A program made the position numbers and the translations under genes. Shown here in pieces: positions 14,601 to 26,640 of a DNA stretch of 64,000 nt. Numbering within the stretch: the first letter of the stretch is position 1; each line of letters starts with the position of its first letter. This DNA is from Bugula neritina. Lineage: Eukaryota > Animalia > Bryozoa. Location: assembly GCA_964035545.1 (NCBI GenBank), contig OZ037771.1, positions 15,595,289 to 15,659,288 of the forward strand, in the 5' to 3' direction. The notes beneath the pieces were generated by a model. The model searched no databases and was not told the origin of the DNA. It worked only from the letters and a program-made list of their open reading frames with translations.

Positions 14601-17600
14601 GAGGAGGGGTGTGTAGTAGTATACAGAGGAGGGGGGTGTAGTAGTATACAGAGGAGGGGTGTAGTAGTATACAGAGGAGGGGTGGAGTAGAAGGGGGAGG
14701 GGTGGAGTAGAAGGGGGAGGGGTGGAGTAGAAGGGGGAGGGGTGGAGTAGAAGGGGGAGGGGTAGTAGTATACAGGGGAGGAGGGGTGTATACAGGGGGG
14801 AGGGGTGGAGTAGAAGGGGGAGAGACAGACTTACCATCCCTGCCATTGCAGTAGGTAGTCTGTTGATTCTCTTCACTGTATGAGGTTTTATGCCATTCAA
14901 TAATCTACAGAAGTTTATTCAAAATGTAAAGATAATACATGAAGCGCTGTATGGGACTGAAAAGGACGGCATATGATCTAAGTCTACATTCACATGATAT
15001 AACATAACTAATAGGTGTTGGATTGAGGAGTTATTGTTCCTTACATCTACCATATATTATTACACAGACAACTCTAAACAAACTGCTAAAACCTCTATTT
15101 ACAGTCTAGTTTTACACAAGACATACATTGTAATACTATATTTACATGTAATAAAGTATATTCTGTAGAGTTCACTTACTCACAAAGCAGCACGCCATCT
15201 GCCAGTGAAGATTTAGGATCTTCAGGATACTTGAATCTCTTTCTTGTTACAGCCTGTAATATACCTTAAAGTTACAGCCTGTAATATACCTTAAAGTTAC
15301 AGTCTGTAATATACCTTAAAGTTACAGCCTGTAATGTACCTTAGAGTTACAGCCTGTAATATACCTTAAAGTTACAGTCTGTAATATACCTTGGAGGTAG
15401 AGATGAGTTACTTGGAGTTGGAGATGAGTTACTTGGAGTTAGAGATGAGTTACTAGGAGTTGGAGATGAGTTACTTGGAGTTGGAGATGAGTTACTTGGA
15501 GTAAGAGATGAGCTACTTGGAGTAAGAGATGAGTTACAAACACTCTAGTTGAAGGAATGGTAGGGCATGTTTGGAGCCTACATGCATGGAAGTATAGGTC
15601 ATTATTATTCACAATGGACAGGTGCTGTACAGATGCAAACTCACATGCACTACATAACACACATGCTGATCAAATTATAAGAAAGAGTTCAACATGATAA
15701 TAGTAATATTTACTACAATTATTGATGACAAAATTTGAAAAGCTGATTTTGTTTACTTTTAACAATTTAGTGAAATTATTTAAAAAGCTAGGCTTGTTTA
15801 TATTTGTTCACGCCACTGCACAACAGAAATGTGTTGATTAGCTAACTAAACATTAATTATTGTAAATTCTTCAATGACAGTTATTGACATGTGAGTTTAT
15901 AGGGAAGGTAGGAGAGAGGGAATTATGGAGATATGATATGACAAAATGATGAGTAATCACCTCTTAATAGGGGTTCAATAAAACCATGCATTGTGTGATG
16001 AAGATAGCATTGATATAATATTCTAGGTAATTACACTCATTACTTACAGCATAAATAGAGACGGAATGTCATTACACAAAGGGTAGGCAAGAGATTGCAG
16101 AGAACTTATGGATTCTGATTAGCATCTAGTGAGCCTCATCAAAGATGTGACCATTAGTAATTATAAATATATAATATTATTTACAACATAATAATTTACT
16201 CCATTGTAGTAACTCTGGCAAATATAATAAAATACTCAAGTATGCCACAAGTTTTGCTAATGAAAACAGATATTAAAAAGTTTTGGTTGAGCAGTAACTA
16301 TAGAAGCACCACTGGTTTACTATAATCCATGTTACTTCATTAATTGTCATTGTAATATGAATTATTCCTGTAAATTTTGCAAATAGAGAACAGCCAATAA
16401 TATAGATATCTAAGATGCCATCTACTGTAGACCTATCATCATCTGACCACTAAATACAGTACATTAGGCAGCAGAACTGGTGCTGGTGAATGTGTCATAA
16501 ATGTTTCATAGCAATTAGTCTTTAAGTAAAACAAAGAAGCATGAAGTTGTTCCAGGTTTGAGTTACTGCAGCACACCACAACACAGAATGTAGAATGTTT
16601 ACAGCTACTAGAATACTAGAAAATATAGCTACACATGTTAGAAGATTACAGAAAGTGTGTGAGTGTTCAACAACAAGCATTTATATCCTAATAACCATAA
16701 ATACATCTTCGCTACACATTAACTGAGCAAGCTCTGACAGCAGCTTGGTCTTATGGGGGAGGGATGGGAGGGAGGGGAGGGTACAGGTTCTACTGAAAGT
16801 TGGCAATGAAAACTACCAACAGAAAATTGCATCACAAACATAAGCTCTTCCTCTTAAGATAACAGGGGGGGGGGGGTGTTGGAAGCCCTAGAGCCAAGAG
16901 AGGAGGGGCACTATTCCCCCCAAACACTGCCTGTTTCTGACCTACAAGTGGTGATAAGGGCAGAGTGGAGATCCCTTAGATAAACAATAGACACTCCTTC
17001 AGGAGCTGGATAATATTACACAGTAACCATCCTGGCCAGATATGAGAAGTCACACTATCCACTCAACTAGTGACAGCTACTCAAAGGAAGGAGTTGGAAC
17101 ATTGGGAAGGCAATATACTGCACCATCTCTCAGCTACAGAGTAAGTTACCATGCTGAAAGCTGAGTCTCAGGTTGTCCCAGGTTGCCCCAGGCTGTCTCA
17201 GGCAGCAGAACTGACAGGTAGAGGGTTAGACATAAGACCAGGCATATCATATCTAGTAGGTATAAACAGCTTCTGGTAGTGACATGTAACAACAGGATTA
17301 CACAGTGACACTGGCTCAGCAGTTGGTAGATGTATTACAACAATCACTGACAGTCTCTACTTGCACCAGCTTGTTTGTTTGTCATGTCTAATCCCCAGGC
17401 ACCTTTGGAATTTACTGCGACTATTATTTTTAGCATTCTTTAGGAATTTACTTTGAGTTAATACAAAAACCATGTGTTTCATTGTATGTAGAGATTGGAA
17501 ATATTAAAAAGAAACAAAGAGCTACATATCTAAAGAAAGAGCAACTTGTTACAAGTAAAGTCCAATTGAGGTGGCTAGTGAGGCTATGATGCACTGAGTT

Positions 17601-19709
17601 TGATAAACATGCTTTCTGGTTACATCCCTCAATTGTTTCACAACTTCCAAAAAGATGTTGAAGTTCTTGTATGTGAACTAGTGGAGAGGAAATACACCAG
17701 CTACTATATTACTATATTACTATATTACTATATTACTTGTCTGCTTATTCTAACAGAGAAATGATGGACTCTCAGTAACAGTGGTCAAGTAACCCTGAAA
17801 GTTTCACTAAATTATATCAATGGAGTAGCACATGACATTATAATCTGAAAGAGATGTACGTGTGTAAATATGTGTGTAACTATACACATATTATAAACCT
17901 TATCACGTATGTTTATTGTTACACAACATGATGATAACACAATGAGAGTTTTCTGCATATATTTAGTATTTGAGAATATTGTAAGGACTATAAAATGAAG
18001 AGACCATAAATGAGTAAAGTTGGAAGAGAGTCAACATTAGAAGGAGTATAACCCAGTTTATTAGACCTGTCAACATAATACACGCACTTCCACAGTCCAG
18101 TTAGCTAACTTCATTCCAATACTGCCACAAGTGAAAGATGGTTGAGAGGAGGAGTTATAGAGATGACAATGGAGCAAATTCCAGGCAGTGTTCACCTGTG
18201 ATTATCATAATCACCTTCCCAGTAGCTCATGTTATAGAAGGCAACAGCTCATAGTTATCTTTCATATTATGCACATAAAACAACTTTACAGCCAAACTAT
18301 TGAGTAGCTGGCCCTCCAGCAAGCCATCACTTGACGACTGCGTCTATAAATTTACTGCAACTGCCAAGAGAAAACTGTCATTTTAGAGAAAAATGTTGGC
18401 AATTTAAGTGGAGAGACTAATAGAGAGGAATGGAGAAACGCCTGCAGTGAATAGATGGGTTAGATTGACCTGGATACAGCAGATACTATGCTGCACCATT
18501 GTACTAGACTGAATAATTACTAAACTAATTGGTAATGCTAACAAAAACATTGTCTGTAGATTAACAAATAATAACATTACCTTATATGTAGGATATAATA
18601 CCGTGTCAAACCTACTTGATTATACAGTGAGGGTAGAACAACAAGCTGTGTTATTGTTAAAAGGCATTCAACATTGATGTAGCACTTTATAACATGGGAA
18701 GTTGATGGTGTGAAGCATGGGAGATGTGAGTTGATGTCTATAGTAAATCAATATGCAATATATTCTCTATATATTATATTACATGCCATTCTACACTGCA
18801 TAGTGCGACACCTACTGTATTATATGCTATATACTACATAAGGATATTGTACCATATAGCATATATCATATTACACTATATGCTGTATACTATATACTGT
18901 ATAACTTATCTACCAGTAGTTATCACTGAACACTAACTGTGACTACTAACTACTACAAGTGAGTAGGACTGAGCGACTATATTCTAATGATGAATTTCTA
19001 TAAACCTGTTATGACAGAGAAGAAAAGCAGATGAGTTTAGAATAGTGTTTATGGTTGGTTGATGAGTGAATAAGTGTTTGCGAGTACTTGCTATAGTATA
19101 ATATTATGGCAGGGAATGCAAGTACTTGCTATAGTATAATATTATGGCAGGGAATGCAAGTACTTGCTGTAGTATATTATTATGGCAGGGAATGCAAGTA
19201 CTTGCTATAGTATAATATTATGGCAGGGAATGCAAGTACTTGCTATAGTATAATATTATGGCAGGGAATGTATTGTGTGTGTATTTAGTATTGTATTGTA
19301 ACAACTGGTCAATGAACTGAATCCCATCTCTATAGAAAAGTCTATAACTCAGTGCATAACCTACTTCAATAACATGTCTATGTAACTCGTTGGAGATTAA
19401 ATTACTGCATTCTTCACAAGATAATCAAATAGATTATAGTATATAATGTATTATACTGTGAAGGATTATGCATAATTCATGTATCTTATCAGTCTGCAGC
19501 ACATAGCTGAAGGTAAATGCAGCACATAGCCCAAGTAGATACTGTACCAAAAGTCCAACAACAACTAGACTGGGAAAGTCACATACCTCAATCCACCTCT
19601 GCATTTCTTGAACAGCCAAATCTGTGTAGAACTCCAACTCTTCCTTCTCCCTCTGTTCCATGGTGGTGAAGTAAGTGGCAGGGGCGTCGTCCTCCTCCCC
19701 GCACTCCAT
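2614..19709 (-). CDS. LMO7: LMO7/LIMCH1-family protein (calponin-homology domain, WxxRRxS motif, PDZ domain); 3' part including the expected LIM domain lies left of the window
   Basis: 17 phase-consistent exons: 19587-19709, 15180-15253, 14835-14904, 13330-13439, 12819-12870, 10452-10654, 10135-10226, 7615-7811, 6218-6330, 5465-6125, 5007-5079, 4774-4874, 4404-4524, 3981-4145, 3746-3855, 3353-3445, 2614-2724. The CH region [87 protein letters not shown] matches the LMO7/LIMCH1 CH domain as I recall it. Also EWQFNLSSWKQRRKS and the PDZ segment GFGFTIKGG..SPADICELLEGDELLEIN. Having a PDZ domain favours LMO7. Confidence 0.88.
2867..3269. mobile_element. Degenerate non-autonomous TIR element (MITE-like, possibly hAT-type), ~400 bp
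   Basis: Imperfect ~27-bp inverted ends: left CGTAGGGCCCCAAGACGCGGGTTTCCT vs reverse complement of right CATAGGGCCACACGATGCGGGTCACCT. Flanking 8-mers gtaattag / cttactag match only 5/8. Confidence 0.5.
3438..3745. repeat. 59-bp unit x5 filling the whole intron 3446-3745; the unit includes the acceptor junction
   Basis: tagatatctacatagtacagagtatataat... repeated; the minus strand shows tgtag|ATATCT in the exon-proximal copies. Confidence 0.9.
4195..4421. repeat. 34-bp unit x~6.5 containing the end of the PDZ exon plus its donor site
   Basis: Minus strand AGAGTCAGTGACTAATG|gtaagtctactgaatat repeated. Confidence 0.9.
4553..4772. repeat. 31-bp intronic minisatellite
   Basis: (agagtacagagttactactagttactactac)n. 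Confidence 0.9.
5483..5620 (-). repeat. Coding 15-bp repeat encoding (PAGP[L/S])n in the LMO7-like exon
   Basis: (ggtccagctggt[ag]at)n on the plus strand; in frame within exon 5465-6125. Confidence 0.85.
8962..9838. repeat. Compound intronic minisatellite built from actcact / ctgt / acgcagt modules
   Basis: Direct reading; it produces the spurious ORF 8852-9856. Confidence 0.93.
11551..12504. repeat. 41-bp minisatellite x~23
   Basis: (ccccctatgcttagtgtacactcctgtgatactactatact)n. Confidence 0.95.
12964..13186 (+). mobile_element. tRNA-Thr(AGT)-derived SINE
   Basis: tRNA-like head with A-box TGGTCTAGGGG (12974-12984), anticodon-like arm GCCT-AGT-AAACA and B-box GGTTCGAGCCC (13026-13036). The acceptor stem is broken and there is an insertion in the variable region. 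A ~140-bp unrelated body follows, ending in a (GTGA)n tail. It is inserted into an AT microsatellite. Confidence 0.75.
13938..14820. repeat. G-rich ~24-25-bp minisatellite (gtgtagtagtatacagaggagggg)n
   Basis: Direct reading; it abuts the donor of exon 14835-14904. Confidence 0.93.
15246..15392. repeat. 25-bp unit x~6 containing the acceptor junction of CH-domain exon 15180-15253
   Basis: Minus strand tttaaggtatattacag|GCTGTAAC repeated; a different 21-bp array follows to ~15537. Confidence 0.88.
19083..19270. repeat. 38-bp minisatellite x5 with the 12-bp palindrome GCAAGTACTTGC
   Basis: Direct reading. Confidence 0.9.
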
Positions 19710-22600
19710 GACCTACTTCTTACAAGATCAGTTGGAACTCAGGCAGTGGCTAAGTTTCTGTGGAGTAGCCAGAAGAAAACTCTGTACATAACAGTGTTAC
19801 ATTAGCATACACCAAGATCAAACAGATATGAGATGGCAATTGTATTTCTAATTTACAATAAACTTCCTATTGGAAACCTTTCTCCTGCTATGTAATAAAC
19901 TGTAGTACAAAAACCCTGGGTTATGACAATATTTGCATTTAGCTATTTAGAGCTAGCCCCATATAACTACATAATGAGCGTGCAAGAAGGTGTGAAACCA
20001 TCACCTGATGGCAGTGATAGAAGTGAGTGTAGGCCTGTTCTGTAAAGTGTTACGTGGTGCATTGGCTGGACAACAGGAATAAATGAGTAATAACTGAGTA
20101 ATGTGAACTCAATGATATGTTAGCCAATGATTTCCTCACAGCAGGAAGGCAGGAAATTACCAGAAATCAGGTCCAATGGGACTGGTTTAGTATGGCCAAG
20201 TACTAACTACCAACTAACTAGCCTACCAACTCATCATCAGCTCAAACATTCTGTTAATTGTAGATATAAGTAGAAGAGCTTTATTATTGTCAAAACAAGC
20301 TAAGAGTAAGTGACTTTAGTAGCTTTGGAGTTTTAATTTGAAAGTGAGGCACAACCGGATATATTTCTATAATCTCATATGCATAACAACTAATTTAGTT
20401 GAAAAAAAAGGTTTTATTTACATTGCTATAACAGCTGCAAAATTAACACCATTTAGAGCCAAACATTAGCAAAAATATAAATTTCTGCTTCAACAATAAA
20501 ATATGAAAATAGCTTTTTATGAAAACTAGCAAAGTAAAGAAAAACTTTCAAATTGTTAAAAGAATTCAAAAGCAAAAATTAAGGCTATTGCTATGAACAA
20601 ATAAACTTGATGCTTACTTCCAATGAGTCAATTTGAGTTGTGTTTATTTCTGCAAATGGCACCTGTAGCATTCAACTAAACACCCATAACCAATTGGACA
20701 GACATACCAGTTGCTTAAAATATTGCCAACTCTCATTACAAGTATCAGTATGAGTACATCAACATATATCTTACTTAAAGTTACTATACTTAACTTGAAG
20801 CCAATAGAAGTGTAGGTACAATGTCAGTTTATATTACCTGTGACTTCAAATAAAACTCAGCAATCAAATTGAAAATCAATATGAATATGTTCATTGAAAT
20901 AAAAACTTCAAGTACAAAACTCGGGATCTTGCTATCAAGTATAGTTAACGTTATACTAATAATTAAGTAATACTAATGTAATTGTTACTCTTAATTTCTT
21001 ATAGTTGAACCCATAGTGATAGTTATTTATAAAAAATTATGTCAACTTATAATTGTGCAGATGTTCAACTATAATTTAAATTTTAGCATGACTAATTTCG
21101 AAATTAAAAATTAAAAAAATAAATCTTAGATGAAGAACTACTCAACTATTTTAGTATTTACTGTATTAGTATTACATTTAGTTTTACTGTGTTACTGCTA
21201 GTGCTACTGCTACTTAGCATTTGACTATTTCTTGCAAAGCAAGTGAATTAATGTTATTATTATTTATATTTCAAATGAATTACTAGTGACAACTGAAAGT
21301 AACTTAGTACTTACATGGTATTGCTTTAGTTAACGTTTTAGCCAGTTGCAGACGTACTCGTAGTCAATCACACTTGACCAAAAGGATAAAACGGATAAAA
21401 TTAAACTTACAATGTGATCGTTAGAAAGCGAAACCTCTTGTGACACACCTGCAGACGGCAACGCTTTAGCCTGTGATACTTACAAACATTAAAATATGTT
21501 ATGTTTCCTAGCGGTTAGCAGCATGATTTTATGCAATTTACAACGATTCCAATAGTACTGTTTTAAGTCCTGTCCACAAAATTTCTGATTGGGCTAACAA
21601 CTATTTCTCAGGCCTGACATGGTGTAGATTTTAAAGAGTACTGCAGGTCTAGATTTTCCCTTAAATCTTTTTGGCCAAGTCCTAAAGTAGCGACATCTAG
21701 AAACCAGAATGAAAATGAGAAGTGAAAATTACTCACATTCTGAAAACTAAAAGGTACTATATAACGTTTACATTAATTCTTAACACCACTAACTTTGACT
21801 AACAGTTCAAGTTCAACCATACTCATACTGATACTCATACCCATAGGCATAGACATGATAGTCCATATATTTAATTTTATAAATATTTTAAGTGACTAAT
21901 ACTAATAGTAATAATAATAATGATAAAGATAATATTCATATTATTATTATTATTAAATTTTAATTTTATTGGCATTATCATTGTATGGATATATCATAAT
22001 GAATAATGATAGTTAAATAAAATTCATAGCGTCTTAGTCTTACACACTAGACCTAGTGACTAGTCACTTTTAGTTTTATTTTAAGTTTACAATTTGAGTT
22101 TAAGTTACACTCACCACCCTGACTCTAGGTTGTACAAATAATTATTTGCTGAATGAAATTATTTGTAATTATGAACTATAAACTTTAAGTTTATAGATTG
22201 AAAATGATAAATATGAACTTACAGCCAACGCTGCAGTAAGTTAAGTAATTATGATTATTATTGTCACTTTTTGTCTGCTACTTAAACTTGAATAACGTAC
22301 TAACAATTGGTTATCTTTGGAACTAATTTGTTTTACTCCCAGTAATAGTGATACGATGAATAGCTATATAGAGGAGCACAGACCAAAAAAATTTTCTAAA
22401 TTTAAATTCTTATATTGTAAATAGCATAAATATTAATTATTGAAATATGTTAATGATTACCATATATTATTAAACTTACTTAGTTACTATTACTAGTGAT
22501 TGAAATTTATTGGCATTCTAGGTGTGAAAATAAAGAGCAGTACTTGGAGGTCTAAGAACAGAGGGGGAAGGCCAGTGTGTGGCTTCACAGACATCATTGT

Positions 22601-25600
22601 ATGATGTCACAGCTCCATAGGAAACTGCAAGGCGCTGGGCTACCACCTATGATGCCTCCAAGGTGAGAATTGTGTGCTTACCTTGTATACTGTAATACTG
22701 TAATACTTGTATACTGTAATACTATATACTTACCTTGTATACTGTAATACTGTAATACTTATATACTGTATTACTATATACTCACCTTGTATACTGTAAT
22801 ACTATATACTTACCTTATATACTGTATTACTATATAAGTTACCTTATATACTGTATTACTATATACTATTTCAGTTTTGGCACACGAGTCCCGCGCCACA
22901 AAAGACGGGATTACTCAGTCTTGCCCTGGAACAACTACTTTGATAGCAGAGAAATGGTTGTGACCTCCAGGGGTAGTTTCTGTACCTATACAAAAGGTTG
23001 CACAGGTAATATACTTGTGAACATGTGTGAATAGCTTTATGATGTATATACTGGTTTTAATAATCCACATGTATTGGTAAGTATGCTTAGAGAATCTGTA
23101 ACCATGTGTGTCTGTGTGTCTACTGTCTGTCTGTGTGTAGGTCCGCTAGTTGTGTGCCTCCACGGAGGGGGTTTCTCTGCTCTCTCCTGGGCTCTCTTCT
23201 CCAAACATCTGGTTGAGGCAGCTCAGTGCCAAGTCTTGGCCTTTGACCTTCGAGGTCACGGTGACACCAAAACCAGCAATGACGGTGATCTGTCCATAGA
23301 GACACTAACCCTGGACGTAGGAGCTGTTATACAGGGCTTCTATATCAACACAGAACCCCCTCCAATCGTTCTACTGGGTCATAGGTGGGTAGCCTTTGCT
23401 ACTCTAAATGATTCCTACCATACTCATGAGTTATGAGTATACTGTGTGTAATAATATAGCCTGATGTCCGTTATGTCTGCTGTACTTTTAGTATGGGCGG
23501 CTCTGTGGCAGTCCACTCTTCCAAAATAGACATAGTTCCCTCTCAGATTGGACTTGTGGTTATTGATGTTGTAGAAGGTAAGTACATGTTGTAGAAGGTA
23601 AGTACGTGTTGTAGAAGGTAAGTACATGTTGTAGAAGGTAAGTACGTGTTGTAGAAGGTAAGTACATGTTGTAGAAGGTAAGTACAAAGTGATACTACAT
23701 ATTGTTTTAGAAATGAATTTATTTGATTTACTGCAGGCTCAGCCATGGAGTCACTAAATGGAATGAAATCCTTTCTTCGTAGTCGACCCCAAATGTTCAA
23801 ATCTTTGGAGCACGCTATAGAGTGGAGGTGATAGTATATAGTATATACATGCTATAGTGTGGAGGTGATAGTATATAGTATATACACGCTATAGAGTGGA
23901 GGTGATAGTATATACACGCTATAGAGTGGAGGTGATAGTATATAGTATATACATGCTATAGTATAGAGTGAAAGTCATAGTATATAGTATATAATGTCTA
24001 TTATACGGTATTATTGCAGTGTAAGGGGAGGGCAGATTAAGAACTGTGAAAGTGCTAGGGTGTCTATGATTGGTCAACTGAGACCATGTGTTTCTGCCAA
24101 AGCCCTGCCTTCTGCAGATCATCACGGGCCAACTGATGTTATAAAGGAAGAGGAGGAGAGTGAATCTGCAGGAAATAATGTAAGTCTCACTCACTTGGTA
24201 TTAACACCTTCTCTGTCGCTGTAGCTAATCTATAGAACTACTGTCATATCTATAGAACTACTGTCATATCTATAGAACTACTGTAATATCTATAGAACTA
24301 CTGTCATATCTATAGAACTACTGTCATATCTATAGAACTACTGTCATATCTATAGAACTACTGTCATATCTATAGAACTACTGTCATATCTATAGAATTA
24401 CTGTCATATCTATAGAACTACTGTCATATCTATAGAACTACTGTCATATCTATAGAACTACTGTCATATCTATAGAACTTCTGCCATATCTATAGAACTA
24501 CTGACATATCTATAGAACTACTGTCATATCTATAGAACTACTGTCATATCTATAGAACTACTGTCATATCTATAGAACTACTGGCATATCTATAGAACTT
24601 CTGCCATATCTATAGAACTACTGACAATGTATTGGTGATCACATCTTTCAGATTGACCACCAGTCCACATCTGAGACGGTCTCCCAGCTGACAGATGTTC
24701 CTTATGAGTGGAGGATAGACTTAGAGAAGACAGAGGAGTTTTGGTCTGGTAAGGGTGCTGTGCCCCCAATGCCCACATTTATTTGTACAGCACACTTTTT
24801 CAGTAGACTCATACTTATATAACTAATAGCTGACTAACGTGTGCTGTATGTTGGCTGTTTGTAGGCTGGTTTCAGGGTCTCTCCTCGCTCTTCCTGAGTA
24901 CACCTGTACCTAAAGTACTGATTCTTGCAGGTTTGGTTATTAACTATTAGTCTGCTATACTGTGGGTTAGTGATACTGTAAGTTAGTTACACTGTGCGTT
25001 ACTTACACTGTGAGTCAGTTATACTGTGACTTGGTTACACTGTGAGTTACTTACACTGTGAGTTAGTTACACTGTAAATCAGTTACACTGTGAGTTACAC
25101 TGCAGGTGTAGATAGGTTGGACAAGGATTTAGCTATTGGGCAGATGCAAGGAAAATTCCAGATGCAGATCGTTGGCCAGGCAGGACACGCTGTTCATGAG
25201 GATGCTCCAGATAAGGTGGGCTGTCTTTATACCTCCACTACTCTCTACTATCTTCTACTTCTACTAGCTTCTACTTCTACTAGCTTCTACTCTATACTAT
25301 CTTCTACTCTCTACTATCTTCTACTCTATACTAACTTCTACTCTCTACTATCTTCTACTCTCTACTATCTTCTACTCTATACTATCTTCTACTCTCTACT
25401 ATCTTCTACTCTATACTAACTTCTACTCTCTACTATCTTCTACTCTCTACTATCTTCTACTCTCTACTAACTTCTACTCTATACTATCTTCTACTCTCTA
25501 CTAACTTCTACTCTACTAACTTCTAATCTATACTAACTTCTACTCTCTACTAACTTCTACTCTCTACTAACTTCTACTCTATACTAACTTCTACTCTCTA

Positions 25601-26343
25601 CTATCTTCTACTCTCTACTAGCTTCTACTCTCTACTAACTTCTGCTATGTTTGCTGCTATGTTGACAGGTTGCTGATGTTGTTGCTACTTACATGATCAG
25701 GAATAAGTTTACAGTTGAAGGGGAATATTTCCACAGGTGTGTGCTGCATAATAGTATGAATGTATGCCTGGCGTATGAATTGTACTGTGTTTAATAATAT
25801 TCATCATTGTCTATATTATTATGAGGTTATACTGTGTTCTAATGAGTGTCACTGTGACGGTGTCGGGTAAAAATGGCACAGGTAAAAATGGTACAGTGAA
25901 AATGGCAAAGTAGGTAATAATGGCACATTTTCAATATTAGGTTTAGGGTAGGATTGGGTGTTTGGGACAGGGGTTTGAGGTTGGGATTTAAAGGTTGAGG
26001 GTTTGAGTTTAAGGTTTTGGAAAATTTAACACCAGTGTGCCATTTTTTCCTACTTTTCCATTTCTGCCCTTTTTACCTGTGCCATTTTTACCTAAAGTCC
26101 ACTGTGACTATATATTATAATGAATATCATTGTGACTGTATATATAATGAGTATCACTGTGATAATATATATGAGTATCACTGTGATTGTATATATGAGT
26201 ATCACTGTGATAGTATATATGAGTATCACTGTGATAGTATATATGAGTATCACTGTGATAGTATATATGAGTATAACTGTGATTGTATATATAATCTACA
26301 CCTCTTTTTGTTGTGTTTTTGTAGAGTTACCCCCACCTGCTGA
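22601..26343 (+). CDS. PPME1: Protein phosphatase methylesterase 1 (alpha/beta hydrolase), ~377 aa
   Basis: 11 phase-consistent exons: 22601-22662, 22875-23005, 23141-23384, 23492-23577, 23737-23827, 24020-24179, 24652-24748, 24865-24930, 25106-25215, 25669-25736, 26325-26343. Motifs RDYSVLPWNNYFD, LHGGGFSALSW, DLRGHG, catalytic GHSMGG, IDVVEG, YEWRIDL, LAGVDRLDKDLAIGQMQGKFQM, GHAVHED. AATAAA at 26432. Confidence 0.96.
23567..23686 (+). repeat. 20-bp unit x6 = exon end plus donor (TGTTGTAGAAG|gtaagtac[ag])
   Basis: Direct reading; the first copy is the real donor at 23577/23578. Confidence 0.95.
24228..24625. repeat. 20-bp minisatellite x~20 (atctatagaactactgtcat)
   Basis: Direct reading. 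Confidence 0.95.
25859..26100. mobile_element. MITE with long repetitive terminal inverted repeats and an 8-9-bp target-site duplication (Mutator/Foldback-like)
   Basis: TSD (c)actgtgac at 25850-25858 and 26100-26108. Left arm GGTAAAAATGGCACAGGTAAAAATGG..AAAGTAGGTAATAATGGCACA vs reverse complement of right arm GGTAAAAATGGCACAGGTAAAAAGGG..AAAGTAGGAAAAAATGGCACA. GT-rich core. Lies in the last PPME1 intron. Confidence 0.85.
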
Positions 26344-26640
26344 CCTTTCCACAGAATCTATGAATATATTCTTTATACCTGAATGTACATAATTTATTTC
26401 GTTATTATTTTCTTCACTGTAACACAATGATAATAAACATATGCTATAGTGTAATATTAACAAGTTGTATTGTTTTACACTGTAACCTGGTGAGTGTAAA
26501 CTGTCAGTCATCTCATCTTTCTCTACTACCAGTAACACGGCAAGCATAGTTTATAGCAATAAATCTTCAAGCTGCACTCTTTCTGGTCTCTTCACACCAA
26601 CCACTGAAAGGTTGTTTACCATAATATATAAAACTCTGCT

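Noticed and set aside
25935-26020. Interstitial telomeric repeat
   Set aside because: Degenerate GGGTTT[AG] motifs form the core of the MITE, not a (TTAGGG)n tract.
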